Assembly (NCBI GenBank): GCA_964016885.1
Contig: OZ024745.1
Location: 59,706,001 to 59,770,000 of the forward strand
Direction of reading: 5' to 3'
Length of the DNA stretch: 64,000 nucleotides
DNA from: Eledone cirrhosa
Lineage: Eukaryota
Positions 14,271 to 29,200 of the stretch are shown here, piece after piece. The notes beneath the pieces were generated by a model. The model made no database searches and was not told the DNA's origin. It worked only from the letters and a program-made list of their open reading frames with translations. The translations under genes were made by a program, and so were the position numbers. Each line of letters starts with the position of its first letter. Within the stretch, counting starts at the first letter, position 1.

Positions 14271-17200
14271 CCTCGACTTGGAGTGAAAACCTCGACTTGG
14301 AGTGAGAACCTCGACTTGGAGTGAAAACCTCGACTTGGAGTGAGAACCTCGCCTTGGAGTGAGAACCTCGACTTGGAGTGAGAACCTCGACTTGGAGTGA
14401 GAACCTCGACTTGGAGTGAGAACCTCGATTTGGAGTGAGAACCTCGACTTGGAGTGAAAACCTCGACTTGGAGTGAGAACCTCGACTTGGAGTGAAAACC
14501 TCGACTTGGATTGAAAACCTCGACTTGGAGTGAAAACCTCGACTTGGAGTGAAAACCTCGACTTGGAGTGAAAACCTCGACTTGGAGTGAGAACCTCGAC
14601 TTGGAGTGAGAACCTCGACTTGGAGTGAAAACCTCGACTTGGAGTGAGAACCTCGACTTGGAGTGAAAACCTCGACTTGGAGTGAGAACCTCGACTTGGA
14701 GTGAAAACCTCGACTTGGAGTGAGAACCTCGCCTTGGAGTGAAAACCTCGACTTTGAGTGAGAACCTCGATTGGAGTGAAAACCTCGACTTGGAGTGAAA
14801 ACCTCGACTTGGAGTGAGAACCTCGACTTGGAGTGAAAACCTCGACTTGGAGTGAAAACCTCGACTTGGAGTGAAAACCTCGACTTGGAGTGAAAACCTC
14901 GACTTGGAGTGAAAACCTCGACTTGGAGTGAAAACCTCGACTTGGAGTGAAAACCTCGACTTGGAGTGAGAACCTCGACTTGGAGTGAGAACCTCGACTT
15001 GGAGTGAGAACCTCGACTTGGAGTGAGAACCTCGACTTGGAGTGAGAACCTCGACTTGGAGTGAAAACCTCGACTTGGAGTGAGAACCTCGACTTGGAGT
15101 GAAAACCTCGACTTGGAGTGAGAACCTCGACTTGGAGTGAAAACCTCGACTTGGAGTGAAAACCTCGACTTGGAGTGAGAACCTCGACTTGGAGTGAAAA
15201 CCTCGACTTGGAGTGAGAACCTCGCCTTGGAGTGAGAACCTCGACTTGGAGTGAGAACCTCGACTTGGAGTGAGAACCTCGACTTGGAGTGAGAACCTCG
15301 ACTTGGAGTGAAAACCTCGATTTGGAGTGAGAACCTCGACTTGGAGTGAAAACCTCGACTTGGAGTGAAAACCTAGACTTGGAGTGAAAACCTCGATTTG
15401 GAGTGAAAACCTCGACTTGGAGTGAAAACCTCGATTTGGAGTGAAAACCTCGACTTGGAGTGAGAACCTCGACTTGGAGTGAGAACCTCGACTTGGAGTG
15501 AAAACCTCGACTTGGAGTGAGAACCTCGACTTGGAGTGAGAACCTCGACTTGGAGTGAGAACCTCGACTTGGAGTGAAAACCTCGACTTGGAGTGAGAAC
15601 CTCGACTTGGAGTGAAAACCTCGACTTGGAGTGAGAACCTCGCCTTGGAGTGAAAACCTCGACTTGGAGTGAAAACCTCGACTTGGAGTGAGAACCTCGA
15701 CTTGGAGTGAGAACCTCGACTTGGAGTGAAAACCTCGTCTTGGAGTGAGAACCTCGACTTGGAGTGAGAACCTCGACTTGGAGTGAAAACCTCGACTTGG
15801 AGTGAAAACCTCGACTTGGAGTGAAAACCTCGACTTGGAGTGAGAACCTCGACTTGGAGTGAGAACCTCGACTTGGAGTGAGAACCTCGATTTGGAGTGA
15901 GAACCTCGATTTGGAGTGAGAACCTCGACTTGGAGTGAAAACCTCGATTTGGAGTGAGAATCTCGACTTGGAGTGAAAACCTCGATTTGGAGTGAAAACC
16001 TCGACTTGGAGTGAAAACCTCGACTTGGAGTGAGAACCTCGACTTGGAGTGAGAACCTCGACTTGGAGTGAGAACCTCGACTTGGAGTGAAAACCTCGAC
16101 TTGGAGTGAGAACCTCGACTTGGAGTGAGAACCTCGACTTGGAGTGAGAACCTCGAGTTGGAGTGAGAACCTCGACTTGGAGTGAAAACCTCGACTTGGA
16201 GTGAGAACCTCGACTTGGAGTGAAAACCTCGACTTGGAGTGAGAACCTCGACTTGGAGTGAAAACCTCGACTTGGAGTGAGAACCTCGACTTGGAGTGAA
16301 AACCGCGACTTGGAGTGAGAACCTCGACTTGGAGTGAGAACCTCGACTTGGAGTGAAAACCTCGACTTGGAGTGAAAACCTCGACTTGGAGTGAGAACCT
16401 CGACTTGGAGTGAAAACCTCGACTTGGAGTGAGAACCTCGCCTAGGAGTGAAAACCTCCACTTTGAGTGAGAACCTCGATTGGAGTGAAAACCTCGACTT
16501 GGAGTGAGAACCTCGACTTGGAGTGAAAACCTCGACTTGGAGTGAGAACCTCGACTTGGAGTGAAAACCTCGACTTGGAGTGAAAACCTCGGCTTATAGT
16601 GAAAACCTCGACTTGGAGTGAAAACCTCGGCTTGGAGTGAAAACCTCGACTTGGAGTGAAAACCTCGACTTGGAGTGAAAACCTCGACTTGGAGTGAGAA
16701 CCTCGAGTTGGAGTGAGAACCTCGACTTGGAGTGAGAACCTCGACTTGGAGTGAAAACCTCGACATGGAGTGAGAACCTCGACTTGGAGTGAAAACCTCG
16801 ACATGGAGTGAAAACCGCGACTTGGAGTGAGAACCTCGTCTTGGAGTGAAAACCTCGACTTGGAGTGAAAACCTCGACTTGGAGTGAGAACCTCGACTTG
16901 GAGTGAAAACCTCGACTTGGAGTGAGAACCTCGCCTTGGAGTGAAAACCTCGACTTTGAGTGAGAACCTCGATTGGAGTGAAAACCTCGACTTGGAGTGA
17001 GAACCTCGACTTGGAGTGAAAACCTCGACTTGGAGTGAGAACCTCGACTTGGAGTGAAAACCTCGACTTGGAGTGAAAACCTCGACTTGGAGTGAAAACC
17101 TCGACTTGGAGTGAAAACCTCGACTTGGAGTGAAAACCTCGACTTGGAGTGAAAACCTCGACTTGGAGTGAAAACCTCGACTTGGAGTGAAAACCTCGAC

Positions 17201-20200
17201 TTGGAGTGAAAACCTCGACTTGGAGTGAGAACCTCGACTTGGAGTGAGAACCTCGATTTGGAGTGAAAACCTCGACTTGGAGTGAAAACCTCGACTTGGA
17301 GTGAGAACCTCGACTTGGAGTGAAAACCTCGACTTGGAGTGAGAACCTCGCCTTGGAGTGAAAACCTCGACTTTGAGTGAGAACCTCGATTGGAGTGAAA
17401 ACCTCGACTTGGAGTGAAAACCTCGACTTGGAGTGAGAACCTCGACTTGGAGTGAAAACCTCGACTTGGAGTGAAAACCTCGACTTGGAGTGAAAACCTC
17501 GACTTGGAGTGAAAACCTCGACTTGGAGTGAAAACCTCGACTTGGAGTGAAAACCTCGACTTGGAGTGAAAACCTCGACTTGGAGTGAGAACCTCGACTT
17601 GGAGTGAGAACCTCGACTTTGAGTGAAAACCTCGACTTGGAGTGAAAACCTCGACTTGGAGTGAAAACCTCGACTTGGAGTGAAAACCTCGACTTGGAGT
17701 GAGAACCTCGACTTGGAGTGAGAACCTCGATTTGGAGTGAAAACCTCGACTTGGAGTGAAAACCTCGACTTGGAGTGAGAACCTCGACTTGGAGTGAAAA
17801 CCTCGACTTGGAGTGAGAACCTCGCCTTGGAGTGAAAACCTCGACTTTGAGTGAGAACCTCGATTGGAGTGAAAACCTCGACTTGGAGTGAGAACCTCGA
17901 CTTGGAGTGAGAACCTCGACTTGGAGTGAAAACCTCGACTTGGAGTGAAAACCTCGACTTGGAGTGAAAACCTCGACTTGGAGTGAAAACCTCGACTTGG
18001 AGTGAAAACCTCGACTTGGAGTGAAAACCTCGACTTGGAGTGAAAACCTCGACTTGGAGTGAGAACCTCGACTTGGAGTGAGAACCTCGACTTTGAGTGA
18101 AAACCTCGACTTGGAGTGAAAACCTCGACTTGGAGTGAGAACCTCGACTTGGAGTGAGAACCTCGACTTGGAGTGAGAACCTCGACTTGGAGTGAGAACC
18201 TCGACTTGGAGTGAAAACCTCGACTTGGAGTGAGAACCTCGACTTGGAGTGAAAACCTCGACTTGGAGTGAGAACCTCGACTTGGAGTGAAAACCTCGAC
18301 TTGGAGTGAAAACCTCGACTTGGAGTGAGAACCTCGACTTGGAGTGAAAACCTCGACTTGGAGTGAGAACCTCGCCTTGGAGTGAGAACCTCGACTTGGA
18401 GTGAGAACCTCGATTTGGAGTGAGAACCTCGACTTGGAGTGAAAACCTCGACTTGGAGTGAAAACCTCGACTTGGAGTGAAAACCTAGACTTGGAGTGAA
18501 AACCTCGATTTGGAGTGAAAACCTCGACTTGGAGTGAAAACCTCGATTTGGAGTGAAAACCTCGACTTGGAGTGAGAACCTCGACTTTGAGTGAGAACCT
18601 CGACTTGGAGTGAAAACCTCGACTTGGAGTGAGAACCTCGACTTGGAGTGAGAACCTCGACTTGGAGTGAGAACCTCGACTTGGAGTGAAAACCTCGACT
18701 TGGAGTGAGAACCTCGACTTGGAGTGAAAACCTCGACTTGGAGTGAGAACCTCGCCTTGGAGTGAAAACCTCGACTTGGAGTGAAAACCTCGACTTGGAG
18801 TGAGAACCTCGACTTGGAGTGAGAACCTCGACTTGGAGTGAAAACCTCGACTTGGAGTGAAAACCTCGACTTGGAGTGAAAACCTCGACTTGGAGTGAGA
18901 ACCTCGACTTGGAGTGAAAACCTCGACTTGGAGTGAGAACCTCGACTTGGAGTGAGAACCTCGATTTGGAGTGAGAACCTCGACTTGGAGTGAAAACCTC
19001 GATTTGGAGTGAGAATCTCGACTTGGAGTGAAAACCTCGATTTGGAGTGAAAACTTCGACTTGGAGTGAAAACCTCGACTTGGAGTGAGAACCTCGACTT
19101 GGAGTGAGAACCTCGACTTGGAGTGAAAACCTCGACTTGGAGTGAGAACCTCGACTTGGAGTGAGAACCTCGACTTGGAGTGAGAACCTCGACTTGGAGT
19201 GAGAACCGCGACTTGGAGTGAAAACCTCGACTTGGAGTGAGAACCTCGACTTGGAGTGAGAACCTCGACTTGGAGTGAGAACCTCGACTTGGAGTGAAAA
19301 CCTCGACTTGGAGTGAAAACCTCGACTTGGAGTGAAAACCTCGACTTGGAGTGAAAACCTCGACTTGGAGTGAGAACCTCGACTTGGAGTGAGAACCTCG
19401 ACTTGGAGTGAAAACCTCGACTTGGAGTGAAAACCTCGACTTGGAGTGAAAACCTCGACTTGGAGTGAGAACCTCGAGTTGGAGTGAGAACCTCGACTTG
19501 GAGTGAGAACCTCGACTTGGAGTGAAAACCTCGACATGGAGTGAGAACCTCGACTTGGAGTGAGAACCTCGACTTGGAGTGAAAACCTCGACATGGAGTG
19601 AGAACCTCGACTTGGAGTGAAAACCTCGACATGGAGTGAAAACCGCGACTTGGAGTGAGAACCTCGTCTTGGAGTGAAAACCTCGACTTGGAGTGAAAAC
19701 CTCGACTTGGAGTGAGAACCTCGACTTGGAGTGAAAACCTCGACTTGGAGTGAGAACCTCGCCTTGGAGTGAAAACCTCGACTTGGAGTGAGAACCTCGC
19801 CTTGGAGTGAAAACCTCGACTTTGAGTGAGAACCTCGATTGGAGTGAAAACCTCGACTTGGAGTGAAAACCTCGACTTGGAGTGAGAACCTCGACTTGGA
19901 GTGAAAACCTCGACTTGGAGTGAGTACCTCGACTTGGAGTGAAAACCTCGACTTGGAGTGAAAACCTCGACTTGGAGTGAAAACCTCGACTTGGAGTGAA
20001 AACCTCGACTTGGAGTGAAAACCTCGACTTGGAGTGAAAACCTCGACTTGGAGTGAGAAACTCGACTTGGAGTGAAAACCTCGACTTGGAGTGAGAACCT
20101 CGACTTGGAGTGAGAACCTCGATTTGGAGTGAAAACCTCGACTTGGAGTGAAAACCTCGACTTGGAGTGAGAACCTCGACTTGGAGTGAAAACCTCGACT

Positions 20201-23200
20201 TGGAGTGAGAACCTCGCCTTGGAGTGAAAACCTCGACTTTGAGTGAAAACCTCGATTGGAGTGAAAACCTCAACTTGGAGTGAAAACCTCGACTTGGAGT
20301 GAGAACCTCGACTTGGAGTGAAAACCTCGACTTGGAGTGAGAACCTCGACTTGGAGTGAAAACCTCGACTTGGATTGAAAACCTCGACTTGGAGTGAAAA
20401 CCTCGACTTGGAGTGAAAACCTCGACTTGGAGTGAAAACCTCGACTTGGAGTGAGAACCTCGACTTGGAGTGAAAACCTCGACTTGGAGTGAAAACCTCG
20501 ACTTGGAGTGAGAACCTCGACTTGGAGTGAAAACCTCGACTTGGAGTGAAAACCTCGACTTGGAGTGAGAACCTCGACTTTGAGTGAGAACCTCGACTTG
20601 GAGTGAAAACCTCGACTTGGAGTGAGAACCTCGACTTGGAGTGAAAACCTCGACTTGGAGTGAGAACCTCGACTTGGAGTGAAAACCTCGACTTGGAGTG
20701 AGAACCTCGACTTGGAGTGAAAACCTCGACTTGGAGTGAAAACCTCGACTTGGAGTGAGAACCTCGACTTGGAGTGAAAACCTCGACTTGGAGTGAGAAC
20801 CTCGCCTTGGAGTGAGAACCTCGCCTTGGAGTGAAAACCTCGACTTGGAGTGAGAACCTCGACTTGGAGTGAGAACCTCGATTTGGAGTGAAAACCTCGA
20901 CTTGGAGTGAAAACCTCGACTTGGAGTGAAAACCTAGACTTGGAGTGAAAACCTCGATTTGGAGTGAAAACCTAGACTTGGAGTGAAAACCTCGATTTGG
21001 AGTGAAAACCTCGACTTGGAGTGAGAACCTCGACTTGGAGTGAGAACCTCGACTTGGAGTGAAAACCTCGACTTGGAGTGAAAACCTCGACTTGGAGTGA
21101 GAACCTCGACTTGGAGTGAAAACCTCGACTTGGAGTGAGAACCTCGCCTTGGAGTGAAAACCTCGACTTGGAGTGAAAACCTCGACTTGGAGTGAGAACC
21201 TCGACTTGGAGTGAAAACCTCGACTTGGAGTGAGAACCTCGACTTGGAGTGAAAACCTCGACTTGGAGTGAGAACCTCGACCTGGAGTGAAAACCTCGAC
21301 TTGGAGTGAGAACCTCGACTTGGAGTGAGAACCTCGACTTGGAGTGAAAACCTCGACTTGGAGTGAAAACCTCGACTTGGAGTGAGAACCTCGACTTGGA
21401 GTGAGAACCTCGACTTGGAGTGAGAACCTCGATTTGGAGTGAGAACCTCGACTTGGAGTGAGAACCTCGACTTGGAGTGAGAACCTCGACTTGGAGTGAA
21501 AACCTCGACTTGGAGTGAGAACCTCGACTTGGAGTGAGAACCCCGACTTGGAGTGAGAACCTCGACTTGGAGTGAGAACCCCGACTTGGAGTGAAAACCT
21601 CGACTTGGAGTGAGAACCTCGACTTGGAGTGAAAACCTCGACTTGGAGTGAGAACCTCGACTTGGAGTGAAAACCTCGACTTGGAGTGAGAACCTCGCCT
21701 TGGAGTGAAAACCTCGACTTTGAGTGAGAACCTCGATTGGAGTGAAAACCTCGACTTGGAGTGAGAACCTCGACTTGGAGTGAAAACCTCGACTTGGAGT
21801 GAGAACCTCGACTTGGAGTGAAAACCTCGACTTGGAGTGAAAACCTCGACTTGGAGTGAAAACCTCGACTTGGAGTGAAAACCTCGGCTTGGAGTGAAAA
21901 CCTCGACTTGGAGTGAAAACCTCGACTTGGAGTGAAAACCTCGACTTGGAGTGAAAACCTCGACTTGGAGTGAGAACCTCGAGTTGGAGTGAGAACCTCG
22001 ACTTGGAGTGAGAACCTCGACTTGGAGTGAAAACCTCGACATGGAGTGAGAACCTCGACTTGGAGTGAAAACCTCGACATGGAGTGAAAACCGCGACTTG
22101 GAGTGAGAACCTCGTCTTGGAGTGAAAACCTCGACTTGGAGTGAAAACCTCGACTTGGAGTGAGAACCTCGACTTGGAGTGAAAACCTCGACTTGGAGTG
22201 AGAACCTCGCCTTGGAGTGAAAACCTCGACTTTGAGTGAGAACCTCGATTGGAGTGAGAACCTCGACTTGGAGTGAAAACCTCGACTTGGAGTGAAAACC
22301 TCGACTTGGAGTGAAAACCTCGACTTGGAGTGAGAACCTCGACTTGGAGTGAAAACCTCGACTTGGAGTGAAAACCTCGACTTGGAGTGAAAACCTCGAC
22401 TTGGAGTGAAAACCTCGACTTGGAGTGAGAACCTCGACTTGGAGTGAAAACCTCGACTTGGAGTGAGAACCTCGACTTGGAGTGAGAACCTCGATTTGGA
22501 GTGAAAACCTCGACTTGGAGTGAAAACCTCGACTTGGAGTGAAAACCTCGACTTGGAGTGAAAACCTCGACTTGGAGTGAGAACCTCGACTTGGAGTGAA
22601 AACCTCGACTTGGAGGGAGAACCTCGCCTTGGAGTGAAAACCTCGACTTTGAGTGAGAACCTCGATTGGAGTGAAAACCTCGACTTGGAGTGAAAACCTC
22701 GACTTGGAGTGAGAACCTCGACTTGGAGTGAAAACCTCGACTTGGAGTGAGAACCTCGACTTGGAGTGAAAACCTCGACTTGGAGTGAAAACCTCGACTT
22801 GGAGTGAAAACCTCGACTTGGAGTGAAAACCTCGACTTGGAGTGAAAACCTCGACTTGGAGTGAGAACCTCGACTTGGAGTGAAAACCTCGACTTGGAGT
22901 GAAAACCTCGACTTGGAGTGAAAACCTCGACTTGGAGTGAAAACCTCGACTTGGAGTGAGAACCTCGACTTGGAGTGAGAACCTCGACTTGGAGTGAAAA
23001 CCTCGACTTGGAGTGAGAACCTCGACTTGGAGTGAAAACCTCGACTTGGAGTGAGAACCTCGACTTGGAGTGAAAACCTCGACTTGGAGTGAAAACCTCG
23101 ACTTGGAGTGAGAACCTCGACTTGGAGTGAAAACCTCGACTTGGAGTGAGAACCTCGCCTTGGAGTGAGAACCTCGCCTTGGAGTGAGAACCTCGCCTTG

Positions 23201-26200
23201 GAGTGAAAACCTCGACTTGGAGTGAGAACCTCGACTTGGAGTGAGAACCTCGATTTGGAGTGAGAACCTCGACTTGGAGTGAAAACCTCGACTTGGAGTG
23301 AGAACCTCGACTTGGAGTGAAAACCTAGACTTGGAGTGAAAACCTCGATTTGGAGTGAAAACCTAGACTTGGAGTGAAAACCTCGATTTGGAGTGAAATC
23401 CTCGACTTGGAGTGAGAACCTCGACTTGGAGTGAGAACCTCGACTTGGAGTGAAAACCTCGACTTGGAGTGAGAACCTCGACTTGGAGTGAGAACCTCGA
23501 CTTGGAGTGAGAACCTCGACTTGGAGTGAAAACCTCGACTTGGAGTGAGAACCTCGACTTGGAGTGAAAACCTCGACTTGGAGTGAGAACCTCGCCTTGG
23601 AGTGAAAACCTCGACTTGGAGTGAAAACCTCGACTTGGAGTGAGAACCTCGACTTGGAGTGAAAACCTCGACTTGGAGTGAGAACCTCGACCTGGAGTGA
23701 AAACCTCGACTTGGAGTGAGAACCTCGACTTGGAGTGAGAACCTCGACTTGGAGTGAAAACCTCGACTTGGAGTGAAAACCTCGACTTGGAGTGAGAACC
23801 TCGACTTGGAGTGAGAACCTCGATTTGGAGTGAGAACCTCGATTTGGAGTGAGAACCTCGACTTGGAGTGAGAACCTCGATTTGGAGTGAGAACCTCGAC
23901 TTGGAGTGAGAACCTCGACTTGGAGTGAAAACCTCGACTTGGAGTGAGAACCTCGACTTGGAGTGAGAACCCCGACTTGGAGTGAAAACCTCGACTTGGA
24001 GTGAGAACCCCGACTTGGAGTGAAAACCTCGACTTGGAGTGAGAACCTCGACTTGGAGTGAAAACCTCGACTTGGAGTGAGAACCTCGACTTGGAGTGAA
24101 AACCTCGACTTGGAGTGAGAACCTCGCCTTGGAGTGAAAACCTCGACTTGGAGTGAGAACCTCGCCTTGGAGTGAAAACCTCGACTTGGAGTGAGAACCT
24201 CGATTGGAGTGAAAACCTCGACTTGGAGTGAGAACCTCGACTTGGAGTGAAAACCTCGACTTGGAGTGAAAACCTCGACTTGGAGTGAGAACCTCGACTT
24301 GGAGTGAAAACCTCGACTTGGAGTGAAAACCTCGACTTGGAGTGAAAACCTCGACTTGGAGTGAAAACCTCGGCTTGGAGTGAAAACCTCGACTTGGAGT
24401 GAAAACCTCGACTTGGAGTGAAAACCTCGACTTGGAGTGAGAACCTCGAGTTGGAGTGAGAACCTCGACTTGGAGTGAGAACCTCGACTTGGAGTGAAAA
24501 CCTCGACATGGAGTGAGAACCTCGACTTGGAGTGAAAACCTCGACATGGAGTGAAAACCGCGACTTGGAGTGAGAACCTCGTCTTGGAGTGAAAACCTCG
24601 ACTTGGAGTGAAAACCTCGACTTGGAGTGAGAACCTCGACTTGGAGTGAGAACCTCGACTTGGAGTGAGAACCTCGCCTTGGAGTGAAAACCTCGACTTT
24701 GAGTGAGAACCTCGATTGGAGTGAAAACCTCGACTTGGAGTGAAAACCTCGACTTGGAGTGAAAACCTCGACTTGGAGTGAGAACCTCGACTTGGAGTGA
24801 AAACCTCGACTTGGAGTGAGAACCTCGACTTGGAGTGAAAACCTCGACTTGGAGTGAAAACCTCGACTTGGAGTGAAAACCTCGACTTGGAGTGAAAACC
24901 TCGACTTGGAGTGAAAACCTCGACTTGGAGTGAGAACCTCGACTTGGAGTGAAAACCTCGACTTGGAGTGAGAACCTCGACTTGGAGTGAGAACCTCGAT
25001 TTGGAGTGAAAACCTCGACTTGGAGTGAAAACCTCGACTTGGAGTGAGAACCTCGACTTGGAGTGAAAACCTCGACTTGGAGGGAGAACCTCGCCTTGGA
25101 GTGAAAACCTCGACTTTGAGTGAGAACCTCGATTGGAGTGAAAACCTCGACTTGGAGTGAAAACCTCGACTTGGAGTGAGAACCTCGACTTGGAGTGAAA
25201 ACCTCGACTTGGAGTGAGAACCTCGACTTGGAGTGAAAACCTCGACTTGGAGTGAAAACCTCGACTTGGAGTGAAAACCTCGACTTGGAGTGAAAACCTC
25301 TACTTGGAGTGAGAACCTCGACTTGGAGTGAGAACCTCGACTTGGAGTGAAAACCTCGACTTGGAGTGAGAACCTCGACTTGGAGTGAAAACCTCGACTT
25401 GGAGTGAGAACCTCGACTTGGAGTGAAAACCTCGACTTGGAGTGAAAACCTCGACTTGGAGTGAGAACCTCGACTTGGAGTGAAAACCTCGACTTGGAGT
25501 GAGAACCTCGCCTTGGAGTGAAAACCTCGACTTGGAGTGAGAACCTCGACTTGGAGTGAGAACCTCGATTTGGAGTGAGAACCTCGACTTGGAGTGAAAA
25601 CCTCGACTTGGAGTGAAAACCTCGACTTGGAGTGAAAACCTAGACTTGGAGTGAAAACCTCGATTTGGAGTGAAAACCTAGACTTGGAGTGAAAACCTCG
25701 ATTTGGAGCGAAAACCTCGACTTGGAGTGAGAACCTCGACTTGGAGTGAGAACCTCGACTTGGAGTGAAAACCTCGACTTGGAGTGAGAACCTCGACTTG
25801 GAGTGAGAACCTCGACTTGGAGTGAGAACCTCGACTTGGAGTGAAAACCTCGACTTGGAGTGAGAACCTTGACTTGGAGTGAAAACCTCGACTTGGAGTG
25901 AGAACCTCGCCTTGGAGTGAAAACCTCGACTTGGAGTGAAAACTTCGACTTGGAGTGAGAACCTCGACTTGGAGTGAAAACCTCGACTTGGAGTGAGAAC
26001 CTCGACCTGGAGTGAAAACCTCGACTTGGAGTGAGAACCTCGACTTGGAGTGAGAACCTCGACTTGGAGTGAAAACCTCGACTTGGAGTAAAAACCTCGA
26101 CTTGGAGTGAAAACCTCGACTTGGAGTGAGAACCTCGACTTGGAGTGAGAACCTCGATTTGGAGTGAGAACCTCGACTTGGAGTGAAAACCTCGATTTGG

Positions 26201-29200
26201 AGTGAGAATCTCGACTTGGAGTGAAAACCTCGATTTGGAGTGAAAACCTCGACTTGGAGTGAAAACCTCGACTTGGAGTGAGAACCTCGACTTGGAGTGA
26301 GAACCTCGACTTGGAGTGAGAACCTCGACTTGGAGTGAGAACCTCGACTTGGAGTGAGAACCTCGATTGGAGTGAGAACCTCGACTTGGAGTGAGAACCC
26401 CGACTTGGAGTGAAAACCTCGACTTGGAGTGAGAACCCCGACTTGGAGTGAAAACCTCGACTTGGAGTGAGAACCTCGACTTGGAGTGAAAACCTCGACT
26501 TGGAGTGAGAACCTCGACTTGGAGTGAAAACCTCGACTTGGAGTGAGAACCTCGCCTTGGAGTGAAAACCTCGACTTGGAGTGAGAACCTCGCCTTGGAG
26601 TGAAAACCTCGACTTGGAGTGAGAACCTCGATTGGAGTGAAAACCTCGACTTGGAGTGAGAACCTCGACTTGGAGTGAAAACCTCGACTTGGAGTGAAAA
26701 CCTCGACTTGGAGTGAGAACCTCGACTTGGAGTGAAAACCTCGACTTGGAGTGAAAACCTCGACTTGGAGTGAAAACCTCGACTTGGAGTGAAAACCTCG
26801 GCTTGGAGTGAAAACCTCGACTTGGAGTGAAAACCTCGACTTGGAGTGAAAACCTCGACTTGGAGTGAGAACCTCGAGTTGGAGTGAGAACCTCGACTTG
26901 GAGTGAGAACCTCGACTTGGAATGAAAACCTCGACATGGAGTGAGAACCTCGACTTGGAGTGAAAACCTCGACATGGAGTGAAAACCGCGACTTGGAGTG
27001 AGAACCTCGTCTTGGAGTGAAAACCTCGACTTGGAGTGAAAACCTCGACTTGGAGTGAGAACCTCGACTTGGAGTGAGAACCTCGACTTGGAGTGAGAAC
27101 CTCGCCTTGGAGTGAAAACCTCGACTTTGAGTGAGAACCTCGATTGGAGTGAAAACCTCGACTTGGAGTGAAAACCTCGACTTGGAGTGAAAACCTCGAC
27201 TTGGAGTGAGAACCTCGACTTGGAGTGAAAACCTCGACTTGGAGTGAGAACCTCGACTTGGAGTGAAAACCTCGACTTGGAGTGAAAACCTCGACTTGGA
27301 GTGAAAACCTCGACTTGGAGTGAAAACCTCGACTTGGAGTGAAAACCTCGACTTGGAGTGAGAACCTCGACTTGGAGTGAAAACCTCGACTTGGAGGGAG
27401 AACCTCGCCTTGGAGTGAAAACCTCGACTTTGAGTGAGAACCTCGATTGGAGTGAAAACCTCGACTTGGAGTGAAAACCTCGACTTGGAGTGAGAACCTC
27501 GACTTGGAGTGAAAACCTCGACTTGGAGTGAAAACCTCGACTTGGAGTGAAAACCTCGACTTGGAGTGAAAACCTCGACTTGGAGTGAGAACCTCGACTT
27601 GGAGTGAAAACCTCGACTTGGAGTGAGAACCTCGACTTGGAGTGAGAACCTCGATTTGGAGTGAAAACCTCGACTTGGAGTGAAAACCTCGACTTGGAGT
27701 GAAAACCTCGACTTGGAGTGAAAACCTCGACTTGGAGTGAGAACCTCGACTTGGAGTGAAAACCTCGACTTGGAGTGAGAACCTCGACTTGGAGTGAGAA
27801 CCTCGATTTGGAGTGAAAACCTCGACTTGGAGTGAAAACCTCGACTTGGAGTGAAAACCTCGACTTGGAGTGAAAACCTCGACTTGGAGTGAGAACCTCG
27901 ACTTGGAGTGAAAACCTCGACTTGGAGTGAGAACCTCGCCTTGGAGTGAAAACCTCGACTTGGAGTGAGAACCTCGACTTGGAGTGAGAACCTCGATTTG
28001 GAGTGAGAACCTCGACTTGGAGTGAAAACCTCGACTTGGAGTGAAAACCTCGACTTGGAGTGAAAACCTAGACTTGGAGTGAAAACCTCGATTTGGAGTG
28101 AAAACCTAGACTTGGAGTGAAAACCTCGATTTGGAGTGAAAACCTCGACTTGGAGTGAGAACCTCGACTTGGAGTGAGAACCTCGACTTGGAGTGAAAAC
28201 CTCGACTTGGAGTGAGAACCTCGACTTGGAGTGAGAACCTCGACTTGGAGTGAGAACCTCGACTTGGAGTGAAAACCTCGACTTGGAGTGAGAACCTCGA
28301 CTTGGAGTGAAAACCTCGACTTGGAGTGAGAACCTCGCCTTGGAGTGAAAACCTCGACTTGGAGTGAAAACTTCGACTTGGAGTGAGAACCTCGACTTGG
28401 AGTGAAAACCTCGACTTGGAGTGAGAACCTCGACCTGGAGTGAAAACCTCGACTTGGAGTGAGAACCTCGACTTGGAGTGAGAAACTCGACTTGGAGTGA
28501 AAACCTCGACTTGGAGTGAAAACCTCGACTTGGAGTGAAAACCTCGACTTGGAGTGAGAACCTCGACTTGGAGTGAGAACCTCGATTTGGAGTGAGAACC
28601 TCGACTTGGAGTGAAAACCTCGATTTGGAGTGAGAATCTCGACTTGGAGTGAAAACCTCGATTTGGAGTGAAAACCTCGACTTGGAGTGAAAACCTCGAC
28701 TTGGAGTGAGAACCTCGACTTGGAGTGAGAACCTCGACTTGGAGTGAGAACCTCGACTTGGAGTGAGAACCTCGACTTGGAGTGAGAACCTCGCCTTGGA
28801 GTGAAAACCTCGACTTGGAGTGAGAACCTCGATTGGAGTGAAAACCTCGACTTGGAGTGAAAACCTCGACTTGGAGTGAGAACCTCGACTTGGAGTGAAA
28901 ACCTCGACTTGGAGTGAGAACCTCGACTTGGAGTGAAAACCTCGACTTGGAGTGAAAACCTCGACTTGGAGTGAAAACCTCGACTTGGAGTGAAAACCTC
29001 GACTTGGAGTGAAAACCTCGACTTGGAGTGAGAACCTCGACGTGGAGTGAGAACCTCGATTTGGAGTGAAAACCTCGACTTGGAGTGAAAACCTCGACTT
29101 GGAGTGAGAACCTCGACTTGGAGTGAAAACCTCGACTTGGAGGGAGAACCTCGCCTTGGAGTGAAAACCTCGACTTTGAGTGAGAACCTCGATTGGAGTG

